Notes under the pieces: generated by a model | Told to the model about the DNA's origin: nothing | Seen by the model: only the letters and a program-made list of their open reading frames with translations | Database searches by the model: none | In this document: positions 36,909-50,158 of the stretch, piece by piece | Layout of the letters: every line of letters begins with the position of its first letter | Numbering within the stretch: the first letter of the stretch is position 1 | NCBI GenBank assembly: GCA_002104905.1 | Contig: MCFE01000057.1 | Span: forward strand, 62,001 to 126,000 | Reading direction: 5' to 3' | Source of the DNA: Basidiobolus meristosporus CBS 931.73 | Lineage: Eukaryota; Fungi; Basidiobolomycota | Length of the DNA: 64,000 nt | Translations under genes and position numbers: made by a program

Positions 36909-39363
36909 ACTTTGAGAATTTTCATGTTCTGGGTATCTGGTATTTTGGTGAAAATATTCCAAGTAAATCCCAACAAGAAATTTGGTCAGTATTCTCCAGG
37001 ATTTGAAGGTAATGATCTAAGTGACTAAGTTAGGTGAATATATAGGTGGAATTACAAATTTTCACAACCCTCTCACTCAGCTAAATGTTCTTACAGACTA
37101 GTCCTAATTTTGACCTAAGATATATATACTTGTCTCTAGCTAACAGATTGGTAAATATGTCTGCAATCATTTCATCTGTAGGACAGTAAACTAAGCTAAC
37201 TAAGTTATTCTCTATAGCTTCACATATAAAATGATGTCTAATATCTATGTGCTAAGCTCTAGCATGAAAATTTGGATTTCTACCTAATTGTATACATCCT
37301 TGATTATCTTAAATATAGTGGTAGTGGATGAACAGTTTTGAGGTATATTCTCCACCATTGTCAGAGCATATTTTCTTGGTTTTTTCAGCAGTGTCTCTCT
37401 CCACCATGGCTTTAGTCTCCCTGAACTTAGACAGAGCTTCTTCCTTTCTCCCCATGAAGTAAACCCATGTGTATCTTGCATAATCATCAATAAAGGTGAT
37501 GAAATACTTTATCATGCCTAAGGATGAATCTTGCATAGGTCCACACAGATCTGAGTGAATTAGATCCAATTTTTTCTCAGTTTTGATTAACTCAGAGCTC
37601 TTGAACAGTTGTCTGGCTTGTTTCCCATATATGCAGGCTTCACAGTGCTCCAAATTAGCTGGCAATCAACTTTTACTCCAGAAATTAGCTGATCTTTGAT
37701 CATTTTGCACAAATAATCAAAATTGATGTGCCCAAATCTCCTGTGCCAAAGCATTGGTGTTTCTTCACTTAAGTTACTTATATTGGCTTCCAAATATGAT
37801 GGAATATCAGTCAACTTGTATAGGTTCTGATTTCTGGTACCCAAAGCAATATGGGCACCATTTTGATCAGTGATCCTGCATTCAGAATTTTCAAAGTTGA
37901 AACTGAGTCCTTCCGCAGTGGCCTTGCTTACAGATAGTAGGTTCTTGGCTATTTCTGGTACATAGAGTACTTCTTTAAAGGTTAGTGTATGGCTTCCAAC
38001 ACTGCTTCTTAGGTTTACTTGGATAGTGCCTTCTTCCACTGCATCAAGTGTTCTATTGTCACCCATGAAAACCTTCTTAATTGGAATTTCTTGATATTGG
38101 GTAAATGTTCTTTTTGGTGTGTAAAGTGTTGAGATGCTCCAGAGTCAATATACCATGTCTGTGAATCCTTGTTTGTGGTCATATTTAGTGCAGATATGAA
38201 TAGTCTATCTTCAGTTGTTGCAGCATTTCCATATTCAGGCTTCTTTTGCTGATTATCCTTCTTTTTGAGACACTGGTCTGATGTGTGTCCTTTCCTTTTG
38301 CAATAGTTACAAAACAGGTTACTGGTGCCTTTGTAGGGTCTTGGGTACCTCCTTTGTTGGTTATCATTGCTTATTAAAGCATCTTCTTCTTCCTTCTTAT
38401 TGGTGCTTGATTTTCTTAATGCTTCATCCAGAAACCTTCTATATACATAATTTAAGGTCAAATCTTCAGTTCTGAACTCTAGGGCTAATACAAGGCCCTG
38501 AAACCTGTCTGTCTGGCTATTTGGGATGGTAACTATCACATCCTCATCAGTAGCTGGCACACACACTGATTGCATCTCATCTACCAGCAGAGTAATTCTG
38601 TTAATTAGATTTTTCATTTTGCCTCCAGGCAGCATCCTTGTAGTAAGGAATTTTTTTCTCAAATACATTTCTTAGCAGCTGAACATGACTGGTAGGTGTC
38701 TTCTAATGCCTTCCAGGCATTCTTTGCTGTTGTTGCTCTTGAGCATTGAATTAGCAATTTGTCCTTAACATTAAGGCACATGCAGTTAAAGGCACTTTGT
38801 TCTTTCTTCTGGTACTTTAAGGCTTCCTCTCCCACATTTTTGAGAGGGCCTTCTTCTCCCATGACAATATCCCAAAGGCCTCTTTCTTGTAGCAGCATCT
38901 TCATCTTCACCTTCCACACTTGGTAGCTAGATCCATCCAACTTTTCAGCAGAGGGAAAGATTCCAGTATAGCAGTAGTAGACATTGCAGAGAGTGACAGC
39001 TTGGGGCTCATAGCCTGTTGTAAGACACCTGGATTTATTAGAAGTGATTGGGAGAACAAGTAGATTATGTGGTTTTCACTTAATGATTTATTGAATGTAA
39101 AGGTAGTATTTATACTTTTAAATGGTCTTGGCATTACAGATACTTAAAATAGACTAACAAAATTCCCAAGAGCATGTGTGCAAAGTTTGGGGCTGTTTGG
39201 ACAACTTTGAGAATTTTCATGTTTAGGGTACCTGGTTTTTTGGTGAAAATATTCCAAGTAAATCCCGGCAGGAATTAGGTCAATATTCTCTAGGTTTTGA
39301 AGGTAATGATCTAAGTGACTAAGTTAGGTGAATACTTAGGTGGAATTACAAACTTTTGCAACA
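36909..39363 (-). mobile_element. Copia family 1 copy M: 5' LTR 39363-39016, PBS, gag-PR-IN, deletion to RNase H end, PPT, partial 3' LTR
   Basis: ORFs 38015-38668 (CNYCKRKGHTSDQC, WYIDSGASQH) and 37309-37665; integrase/RNase H fusion near 37310; 3' LTR begins at 37068. Confidence 0.8.
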
Positions 39364-40699
39364 GTCTCAGCCCCAGAGTCCAGAACTGAAGATTTGACCT
39401 TAAATTATGTATATAGAAGGTTTCTGGATGAAGAATTAAGAAAATCAGGTGCCAATAAGAAGGAAGAGGAAAATGCCTTAATAAGCAATGATAACCAACA
39501 AAGGAGGTACCCAAGACCCAACAAAGGCAATAGCAACCTGTTTTGCAGCTACTGCAAGAGGAAAGGACACACATCAGACCAGTGTCTCAAAAAGAAAGAT
39601 AATCAGCAAAAGAAGCCTGAATATGGAAATGCTGCAACAACTGAAGATAGACTATTCATATCTGCACTAAATATGACCACAAACAAGGATTCTCAGACGT
39701 GGTATATTGACTCTGGAGCTTCTCAACACTTTACACACCAAAAAGAACATTTACCCAATATCAAGAAATTCCAATTAAGAAGGTTTTCATGGGTGACAAT
39801 AGAACACTTGATGCAGTGTGGGAAGGAACTATCCAAGGCAACTATAGAAGCAGTGAAGGAAGCAATACACTGACTCTTAAAGAAGTACTCTATATACCAG
39901 AAATAGCCAAGAACCTACTATCTGTAAGCAAGGCCACTGCTGAAGGCTCAGTCTCAGCTTTGACAATTTTGGATGCAAGATCACTGATCAAAATGGTGCC
40001 CATATTGCTTTGGGTATCAGAGATCAGAATCTATACAAGTAGACTTATACTCCATCATATTTGGAAGCCAATATAAGTAACTTAAGTGAAGAAACACCAA
40101 TGCTTTGGCACAGGAGATTTGGGCACATCAACTTGATCATCTGTGTTAAATGATCAAAGATCAGCTCATTTCCAGAGTAAAAACTGATCTTCCAGCTAGT
40201 TTGGAGCACTGTGATGCCTGCATATATGGGAAGCAAGCCCAACAACTGCTCAAGAGCTTTGGGTTAATCAAAACTTACAGAATCTAGATCTAACTCACTC
40301 AGATCTGTGTGGACCTATACAATATTTATCCTTAGGTGGGATGAAGTATTTAATCACTTGTATTGATGATTATACATGATACATGTGGGCATAATTCATG
40401 GAGAGAAAGGATGAAGCTCTGTCTAAGTTCAGGGAGCTTCAAGCCATGGTGGACTGAGAAATTGGTGAAAAACACAAGAAAATATGCTCCAACAAAGGTG
40501 CACAATGTACCTCAAAACTCTTCAGCCACCTCTGCAAAATCCATGGGATAAAGCAAGAGACTGCTGTAACATACTCCCCACAGCAAAATGGAGTAGTAGA
40601 ACATGCAAACAGATCAACAATTGATATGACAAGATCTATGATCCATGATCAAAATTCATCCTATGATTCCTTGGTGGAGTCAGTTGCCACTATTAAAAA

Positions 40700-43600
40700 T
40701 GTTGTAAAAATTCATATTTCCACCTATATATTCACCTAACGTAGTCGCTTAGATCATCACCTTCAAATCCTAGAAAATACTGACCAAATTCCTTGTTGGG
40801 ATTTACCTAGAATATTTTCACCAAAATACCAGGTACCCAGAACATGAAAATTCTCAAAGTTGTCCAAACAGCCCCAAACTTTGCACACATGTTCTTGGGA
40901 CCTTCCTTAGCCTATTCTACGTGTTTGTAATGCCAAGACCATGTAAAAGTATAAATACTACTTTTACATTCAATAAATCATTAAGTGAAAACCACATAAT
41001 CTACTTGTTCTCCCAATCACTTCCAATATCTCCAAGACTCTTACAACAGATTATGAGCCCCAAGCTGTCACTCTCTGCAATGTCTACTACTACTATTACT
41101 GGAATTTTTCCCTTTGCTGAAAAGTTGGATGGATCTAACTACCAAGTGTGGAAGGTGAAGATGAAGATGCTGCGACAAGAAAGAGGCCCTTGGGATATTG
41201 TCATGGGAGAAGAATGCCCTCCCAAAAATGTGGGAGAGGAAGCCTTAATGTACCGGAAGAAAGAACAAAGTGCCTTTAACTGCGTTTGCCTTAATGTCAT
41301 GGACAAATTGCTAATTCAATGCCAAAGAGCAAAAACAGCAAAGAATGCCTGGAAAGCATTAGAAGACACCTACCAGTCATGTTTAGCAGCCAAGAAAATG
41401 AATCTGAGACAAAAATACTTTACTACAAAGATGCTACCAGGAGAAGCAATGAAAAATCTAATAAACAGAATTACCCTGCTGGTAGATGAGATGGAATCTG
41501 TGGGCGTACCAACTACTGATGAGGATGTGATAGTTACCATCCTGAATAGACTGACAGACGAGCTTAAAGGCCTTGTATCAGCCCTAGAGTCCAGAACTGA
41601 AGATTTGACCTTAAATTACATATATGGAAGGCTCCTGGATGAAGAATTAAGAAAATCAAGCGCCAATAAGAAGGAAGAAGAAAATGCTTTAATAAGCAAT
41701 GATAACCAACAAAGGAGGTACCCAAGACCCTACAAAGGCAACAGCAACCTATTTTGCAACTACTGCAAAAGGAAAGGACACACATCAGACCAGTGCTTCA
41801 AAAAGAAAGATAATCAGCAAAAGAAGCCTGAATATGGAAATGCTGCAACAACTGAAGATAGACTATTCATATCTGCACTAAATATGACCACAAACAAGGA
41901 TTCTCAGACATGGTATATTGACTCTGGAGCATCTCAACACTTTACACACCAAAAAGAACTTTTTACCCAATATCAAGAAATTCCAATTAAGAAGGTTTTC
42001 ATGGGTGACGATAGAACACTTGATGCAGTGGGAGAAGGAACTATCCAAGTAACCTTAGAAGCAGTGAAGGAAGCCATACACTGACCTTTAAAGAAGTACT
42101 CTATGTACCAGAAATAGCCAAGAACCTACTCTCTGTAAGCAAGGCCACAGCAGAAGGACTCAGTTTCAGTTTTGACAATTCTGGATGCAGGATCACTGAT
42201 CAAAATGGTGCTCATATTGCTTTGGGCATCAGAGATCAGAATCTATACAAGTTGACTTATATTCCATCATATCTGGAAGCCAATATAAGTAACTTAAATG
42301 AAGAAACACCAATGCTTTGGCACAGGAGATTTGGACACATCAATTTTGATTGTTTGCGTAAAATGATCAAAGATCAGCTAATTTCTGGAGTGAAAATTGA
42401 TCCCCCAGCTATTTTGGAGCACTGTGAAGCCTGCATATATGGGAAACAAGCCAGACAACTGTTCAAGAGCTCTGGGTTAATCAGAACTAAGAAACAATTA
42501 GATCTAATTCACTCAGATCTGTGTGGACCTATGCAAAATTTATCCTTAGGCGGGATGAAGTATTTAATCACTTTTATTGATGATTATACAAGATACACAT
42601 GGGTCTACTTCATGGAGAGAAAGGAAGAAGCTCTGTCTAAGTTCAGGGAGTTATAGCCATGGTGGAGAGAGAAACTGGTGAAAAAATCAAGAAAATACGC
42701 TCTGACAATGGTGGAGAATATACCTCAAAACTCTTCATCCACTTCTGCAAAATTCATGGGATAAAGCAAGAGACTACTGTACCATACTCCCCACAGCAGA
42801 ATGGAGTAGCAGAACAAGCTAACAGATCAATAATTGATATGGCAAGATCTATGATCCATGATCAAAAATTATCCTATGATTTTTGGGCGGAATCAGTTGC
42901 CACTAGCTGTATACCTTAAAAATAGGAGTTATAACAGAATACTTTGTGATTCTACTCCATTTGAAGCATGGTATGGATACAGACCAAGTGCAGAACATCT
43001 AAGGATATTTGGGTGTACAGCATATGCCAAAAAACTGGCCGGAAATCAGTCAAAATTTGAGCCAAAAAGTGTAAAATGCATATTTTTGGGCTACTGCAAT
43101 GAGAGTAAGGCATACAGACTCTACAATACCAAAGCAAAGAAGCTTATCAAGTCCAGGGATATGTTTTTTGATGAAAATTCATAATTTTCACAAAAAATGA
43201 CATCAGATGATGACAAAAATTTGATCTCAAGTCCACCAATTGTCAGGATTGAATCAGAGCAAAACAATGAAAATTTTATCACTCCAGAGGACTCTACAAC
43301 CGTGGTTCAGCCAGAATCAGTGCCCAGGAATATCCCAGAAGTGATCATTCCAGTATCAAATGCCCGGAGATCCAATTGGACAAGAAATAGCCCAAATTAC
43401 TATATCAATGAGGGTACAAACTTAGCCTATGCCTATTCAGTCCATATTGATGAACCCCAGACTGTAAAAGAGGCCCTAAATAGCCCTCAGACAAAGTTTT
43501 GGAGATCTGCAATGACTGAGGAATATCAGGCCCTGATGGAAAATCAAACTTGGGACTTAGTCAAATTACCAATCATCCAAAAATCAATTGGATGCAGATG

Positions 43601-43879
43601 GGTCTTCAAGACAAAATACAAGGCTGATGGCACAATTGAAAGATACAAAGCAAGACTTGTAGCTAAAGGATACTCTCAAACAAAAGGACTTGACTACACT
43701 GAGACCTTTGCACTGGTAGCCAAGTTTAATTCCATCGGATTAATATTGGCTATTGCAGCCAAATATAAGATTTTTATTTATCAAATGGATGTAAAAACTG
43801 CATTTTTGAATGGAGAACCTGATGAGGACGTGTATATGGACCAGCCTGATGGGTTTGTTGACCAAGATAACCCCCATTT
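40700..43879 (+). mobile_element. Copia family 1 copy A: LTR 40700-41048, PBS, gag-PR-IN and RT 5' part
   Basis: TGTTGTAA...TTACAACA LTR; ORFs 40921-42084, 42222-43184, 43197-43925; RT stops at cccccattt against the next LTR. Confidence 0.9.
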
Positions 43880-46800
43880 TGTTGTAAAAATTTGTATTTT
43901 CCACCTAAATATTCACCTAACTTAGTCACTTAGATCATCACCTTCAAATCCTAGAGAATACTGACCAAATTCCTTGTTGGGATTTACTTAGAATATTTTC
44001 ACCAAAATACCAGGTACCCAGAACATGAAAATTCTCAAAGTTGTCCAAACAGCCCCAAACTTTGCACACATGTTCTTGGGACCTTCCTTAGCCTATTCTA
44101 CGTGTTTGTAATGCCAAGACCATGTAAAAGTATAAATACTACTTTTACATTCAATAAATCATTAAGTGAAAACCACATAATCTACTTGTTCTCCAAATCA
44201 CTTCCAATATCTCCAAGACTCTTACAACAGGTTGTGAGCCCCAAGCTGTCACTCTCTGCAATGTCTACTACTACTATTACTGGAATTTTCCCTCTGCTGA
44301 AAAGTTGGATGGATCTAACTACCAAGTGTGGAAGGTGAAGATGAAGATGCTGCTGTAAGAAAGAGGCCTTTGGGATATTGTCATGGGAGAAGAATGCCCT
44401 CCTAAAAACGTGGGAGAGGAAGCCTTAAAGTACCGGAAGAAAGAACAAAGTGCCTTTAACTGCATTTGCCTTAATGTCAAGGACAAATTGCTAATTCAAT
44501 GCTCAAGAGCAAAAACGGCAAAGAATGCCTGGAAGGCATTAGAAGACAGCTACCAGTCATGTTCAGCTGCCAAGAAAATGTATCTGAGAAGAAAATTCTT
44601 TACTACAAAGATGCTGCCAGGAGAAGAAATGAAAAATCTAATTAACAGAATTACCCTGCTGGTAGATGAGATGGAATCTGTGGGCGTACCAACTACTGAT
44701 GAGGATGTGATAGTTACCATCCTGAATAGCCTGACAGACAAGCTTCAGGGCCTTGTATCAGCCCTAGAGTCCAGAACTGAAGATTTGACCTTAAATTACA
44801 TATATGGAAGGCTCCTGGATGAAGAATTAAGAAAATCAAGCGCCAATAAGAAGGAAGAAGAAAATGCTTTAATAAGCAATGATAACCAACAAAGAAGGTA
44901 CCCAAGACCCTACAAAGGCAACAGCAACCTATTTTGCAACTACTGCAAAAGGAAAGGACACACATTAGACCGGTGTTTCAAAAAGAGAGATTATCGGCAA
45001 AAGAAGCCTGAATATGGAAATGCTGCAACAACTGAAGATAGACTATTCATATCTGCACTAAATATGACCACAAACAAGGATTCTCAGACGTGGTATATTG
45101 ACTCTGGAGCTTCTCAACACTTTACACACCAAAAAGAACTTTTTACCCAATAACAAGAAATTCCAATTAAGAAGGTTTTCATGGGTGACAATAGAACACT
45201 TGATGCAGTGGGAGAAGGAACTATCCAAGTAAACCTTAGAAGCAGTGAAGGAAGCCATACACTGACCTTTAAAGAAGTACTCTATGTACCAGAAATAGCC
45301 AAGAACCTACTCTCTGTAAGCAAGGCCACAGCAGAAGGACTCAGTTTCAGTTTTGACAATTCTGGATGCAGGATCACTGATCAAAATGGTGCTCATATTG
45401 CTTTGGGCATCAGAGATCAGAACCTATACAAGTTGACTTATATTCCATCATATCTGGAAGCCAATATAAGTAACTTAAATGAAGAAACACCAATGCTTTG
45501 GCACAGGAGATTTGGACACATCAATTTTGATTATTTGCGTAAAATGATCAAAGATCAGCTAATTTCTGGAGTGAAAATTGATCCCCCAGCTATTTTGGAG
45601 CACTGTGAAGCCTGCATATATGGGAAACAAGCCAGACAACCGTTCAAGAGCTCTGGGTTAATCAGAACTAAGAGAAAATTAGATCTAATTCACTCGGATC
45701 TGTGTGGACCTATGCAAAATTTATCCTTAGGCGGGATGAAGTATTTAATCACTTTTATTGATGATTACACAGGATACACATGGGTCTACTTCATGGAGAG
45801 AAAGGAAGAAGCTCTGTCTAAGTTCAGGGAGTTATAGCCATGGTGGAGAGAGAAACTGGTGAAAAAATCAAGAAAATATGCTCTGACAATGGTGGAGAAT
45901 ATACCTCAAAACTCTTCATCCACTTCTGCAAAATTCATGGGATAAAGCAAGAGACTACTGTACCATACTCCCCACAGCAAAATGGAGTAGCAGAACGAGC
46001 TAACAGATCAATAATTGATATGGCAAGATCTATGATCCATGATCAAAAATTATCCTATGATTTTTGGGCGGAATCAGTTGCCACTGCTGTATATCTTAAA
46101 AATAGGAGTTATAACAGAATACTTTGTGATTCTACTCCATTTGAAGCATGGTATGGATACAGACCAAGTGCAGAACATCTAAGAATATTTGGGTGTACAG
46201 CATATGCCAAAAAACTGGCCGGAAATCAGTCAAAATTTGAGCCAAAAAGTGTAAAATGCATATTTTTGGGCTACTGCAATGAGAGTAAGGCATACAGACT
46301 GTACAATACCGAAGCAAAGAAGCTGATCAAGTCCAGGGATGTGTTGTTTGATGAAAATTCAAAATTTTCACAATAAATGACATCAGATGATGACAAAAAT
46401 TTGATCTCAAGTCCACCAATTGTCAGGATTGAATCAGAGCAAAACTATGAAAATTTTTTCACTCCAGAGGACTCTACAACCGTGGTTCAGCCAGAATCAG
46501 TGCCCAGGAATATCCCAGAAGTGATCATTCCAGTATCAAATGCCCGGAGATCCAATTGGACAAGAAATAGCCCAAATTACTATATCAATGAGGGTACAAA
46601 CTTAGCCTATGCCTATTCAGTCCATATTGATGAACCCCAGACTGTAAAAGAGGCCCTAAATAGCCCTCAGACAAAGTTTTGGAGATCTGCAATGACTGAG
46701 GAATATCAGTCCCTGATGGAAAATCAAACTTGGGACTTAGTCAAATTACCAATCATCCAAAAATCAATTGGATGCAGATGGGTCTTCAAGACAAAATACA

Positions 46801-48563
46801 AGGCTGATGATACAATTGAAAGATACAAAGCAAGACTTGTAGCCAAAGGATACTCTCAAACAAAAGGACTTGACTATACTGAGACCTTTGCACCCGTAGC
46901 CAAGTTTAATTCTATCAGATTAATATTGGCTATTGCAGCCAAATATAAGTTTTTTATTCATCAAATGGATGTAAAAACGGCATTTTTGAATGGAGAACTT
47001 GATGAGGACGTGTATATGGACCAGCCTGATGGGTTTGCTGACCAAGATAACCCCCATTTGGTCTGCAAGCTTAAAAAGTCACTATATGGTCTCAAACAAT
47101 CACCAAGAGCCTGGAATTGCAAGATAGATTCTTATTTGGAATCTTTGAGTTTCAAAAGGAGTAATGCTGACTATAGTATATACTATAAGCCAGATAGAGC
47201 AAATCCAGTTCTATAAGCTCTATATGTGGATGATCTTATTATAGCCGCCAATAACCTAGAAACATTGGAAGAGACTAAATCCAGCCTATCTAAGGAGTTC
47301 AAGATGTCCAATCTAGGAGAACTTAGTTACTACTTAGGGATTAAGTTCTCCATAGACAGAAGTACCCAGACTATTACCCTAAGCCAATCCAAGTATATTC
47401 AAGATATACTAAAGAAGTACAAAATGGAAGACTGTAAACCGGCAGCTACCCCAATGGAGACAAACCTTAACTTGGTCAAAACTCAACCAAATCAAGAGAG
47501 CTTGGTGCCATCTGAAAGCCCTGACTTTCCTTATTAATCTATGGTCGGCAGTTGGATGTATATCATGCTTGGAACACGTCCAGATATCTCATATTCAGTG
47601 GGAGTTGTCAGCCAACATAATCAGAATTATGGATCTGATCATATTGCAGCAGTTAAGCGGATTTTTAGATACCTAAAAGGAACTGCTGATATCTGCTTAA
47701 GATACACTTATAAGGATTCAGAACAGGATCTTGTGGGATACTCTGATGCTGATTGGGGACGAAATTTAGAAGACAGAAGATCCACCACAGGATACACCTT
47801 TCTTTACTGTAAAGGAGCAATTTCATGGAATTCAAGAAAGCAACCAACCGTAGCACTTTCTACTACAGAGGCAGAGTATATGGCAGCCTGTGAAGCTACA
47901 AAAGAAGCAATGTGGTTAAGAAAGCTCTTTACAGATTTAGGCCTATGTCAAAAAACGCCTATTACTTTATTTCAAGATAATCAAGGATGTATACAATTAG
48001 GTAGATATCCAACTTTTCATACTAGAGCCAAGCACATAGATATTAGACATCATTTCATACGTGAAGCTATAAAGAATAACTTAGTTAGCTTAGTTTACTG
48101 TCCTACAGATGAAATGATTGCAGACATATTTACCAAACCATTAGCTAGAGACAAGTATAAATATCTTAGGTCAAAATTAGGACTAGTCAGTATGAACATT
48201 TAGCTGAGTGGGAGTGTTGTAAAAATTTGTATTTCCACCTATATATTCACCTAACTTAGTCACTTAGATCATCACCTTCAAATCCTAGAGAATACTGACC
48301 AAATTTCTTGTTGGGATTTACTTAGAATATTTTCACCAAAATACCAGGTACCCAGAACATGAAAATTCTCAAAGTTGTCCAAACAGCCCCAAACTTTGCA
48401 CACATGTTCTTGGGACCTTCCTTAACCTATTCTACATGTTTGTAATGCCAAGACAATGTAAAAGTATAAATACTACTTTTACATTCAATAAATCATTATG
48501 TGAAAACCACATTATCTACTTGTTCTCCCAATCACTTCCAATATCTCCAAGACTCTTACAACA
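43880..48563 (+). mobile_element. Full-length Ty1/copia element B (LTRs 43880-44229 and 48215-48563; gag-pol 44261-48203 with premature stops and frameshifts)
   Basis: CX2CX4HX4C knuckle, DSG protease, WHRRFGH, DLCGP/SDNGGEY/QNGVAER integrase, KARLVAKG/YVDDL RT, SDADW/TEAEYMA/ADIFTK RNase H in copia order; PPT GAGTGGGAG before the 3' LTR. Confidence 0.95.
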
Positions 48564-50158
48564 AAAAATAGGAGTTATAACAGAATACTTTGTGATTCTA
48601 CTCCATTTAAAGCATGGTAAGGCTACAGATCAAGTGCAGAACATCTAAGAATATCTGGGTGTGCAGCATACGCCAAGAAACTGCCTGGAAATTAGCCATA
48701 ATATGAGCCAACAAGTGTAAAATGCATATTTTTGGGCTACTGCAATGAAGGTAAAGCATAAAGACTCTACAATACCCAAGCAAAGAAGCTTATCAAGTCC
48801 AAGGATGTGCTATTTGATAAAATTCAAAGTTTTTACAAGAAATGACATCATATGATGACAAAAATCTGATCTCAAGTCTACCACTTGTCAGGATTGAATC
48901 AGAGCAAAACAATGAAGATTTTTTCACTCCAGAGGACCCTGTAATTATGGTTAAGCCTGAAGAAGTGCCCAGAAATATTCCAGAAGTGATCATTTTAGTA
49001 TCAAATGCCCACAGATCCAACCAGATAAGAAATAGCACATATTACTATGTAAATGAGGGTACAAATGTAGCCTATGCCTTTTCAGTCCATATTGATGAAC
49101 CCCAGACTGTAAAAGAGGCCCTAAATAGCCCTTGGACAAAGTTTTGAAGATCTGAAATGACTCAGGAATATCAGGCCCTGATGGAAAATCAGACTTGGGA
49201 CTTAGTCAGATTACCAATCAACCAAAAATGAATTTGATGCAGATGGGTCTTCAAGACAAAATACAAGGGTGATGGTACAATTGAATGATGCAAAGGAAGG
49301 CTTGTGGCCAAAGTATACTCTCAAACAAAAGGAGCTGAATATACTGAGACCTTTGAACCAGTAGCCAAGTTTAATTCTGTCAGATTAATATTGGCTATTG
49401 CCGTTAAATATAAGTTTTTCATTCATCAAATGGATGTAAAAATTGCATTTTTGGATGGAGAACTTGATCAGGACGTGTATATGGACCAGTCTGATGGGTT
49501 TGCTGACCAAGATAACCCCCATTTGGTCTGCAAGCTTAAAAAGTCTCTATATGGTCTCAAACAATCACCAAGGGCCTGGAATTGCAAGATAGATTCTTAT
49601 TTGGAATCTTTGAGTTTCAAAAGGAGTGATGCTGACTAGAATATGTATTATAAGTCAGATAGAGCAAATGCAGTTCTATTAGCTCTATATGTGGATGATC
49701 TTAGTATTGCCACCAATAATCTAGTAACATTGGAAGAGACTAAATCCAGCCTATTTAAGGAGTTCAAGATGTCTGATCTAGGAGTACTCAGTTACTATTT
49801 AGGGATTAAGTTCTCCATAGACAGAAGTACCCAGACTATCACCCTAAGTCAATCCAAGTATATTCAAGATATACTAAAGAAGTACCAGATGGAAGACTGT
49901 AAACAAGCAGCTACCCCAATGGTGACAAACCTTAACTTGGTCAAAACTCAACCAAATCAAGAGAGCTTGGTGCCATCTGAAAGCCCTGACTTTCCTTATC
50001 AATCTATGATTGGCAGTCTGATGTATATCATGCTTGGAACACATCCAGATATCTCATATTCAGTGGGAGTTGTCAGCCAGCATAATCAGAACTATGGATC
50101 TGATCATATTGCAGCAATTAAACATATTTTTAGATACCTAAAAGGAACTGCTGATATC

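Larger units (their letters stand above)
39364..50158 (+). mobile_element. Copia family 1 host copy H (39364-40699 plus 48564-50158), split by the three-LTR unit
   Basis: Integrase ...gttgccactattAAAAA | AAAAAtaggagtt... resumes after the insertion; RT ends at gctgatatc against an inverted LTR. Confidence 0.8.

Noticed and set aside
40921-41052. N-terminal gag extension starting inside the LTR
   Set aside because: The upstream start codons precede the LTR TATA box and would not be in the transcript
45832-45842. Programmed frameshift or readthrough in integrase
   Set aside because: Three other copies are in frame here, it falls within the catalytic core, and no slippery site is evident
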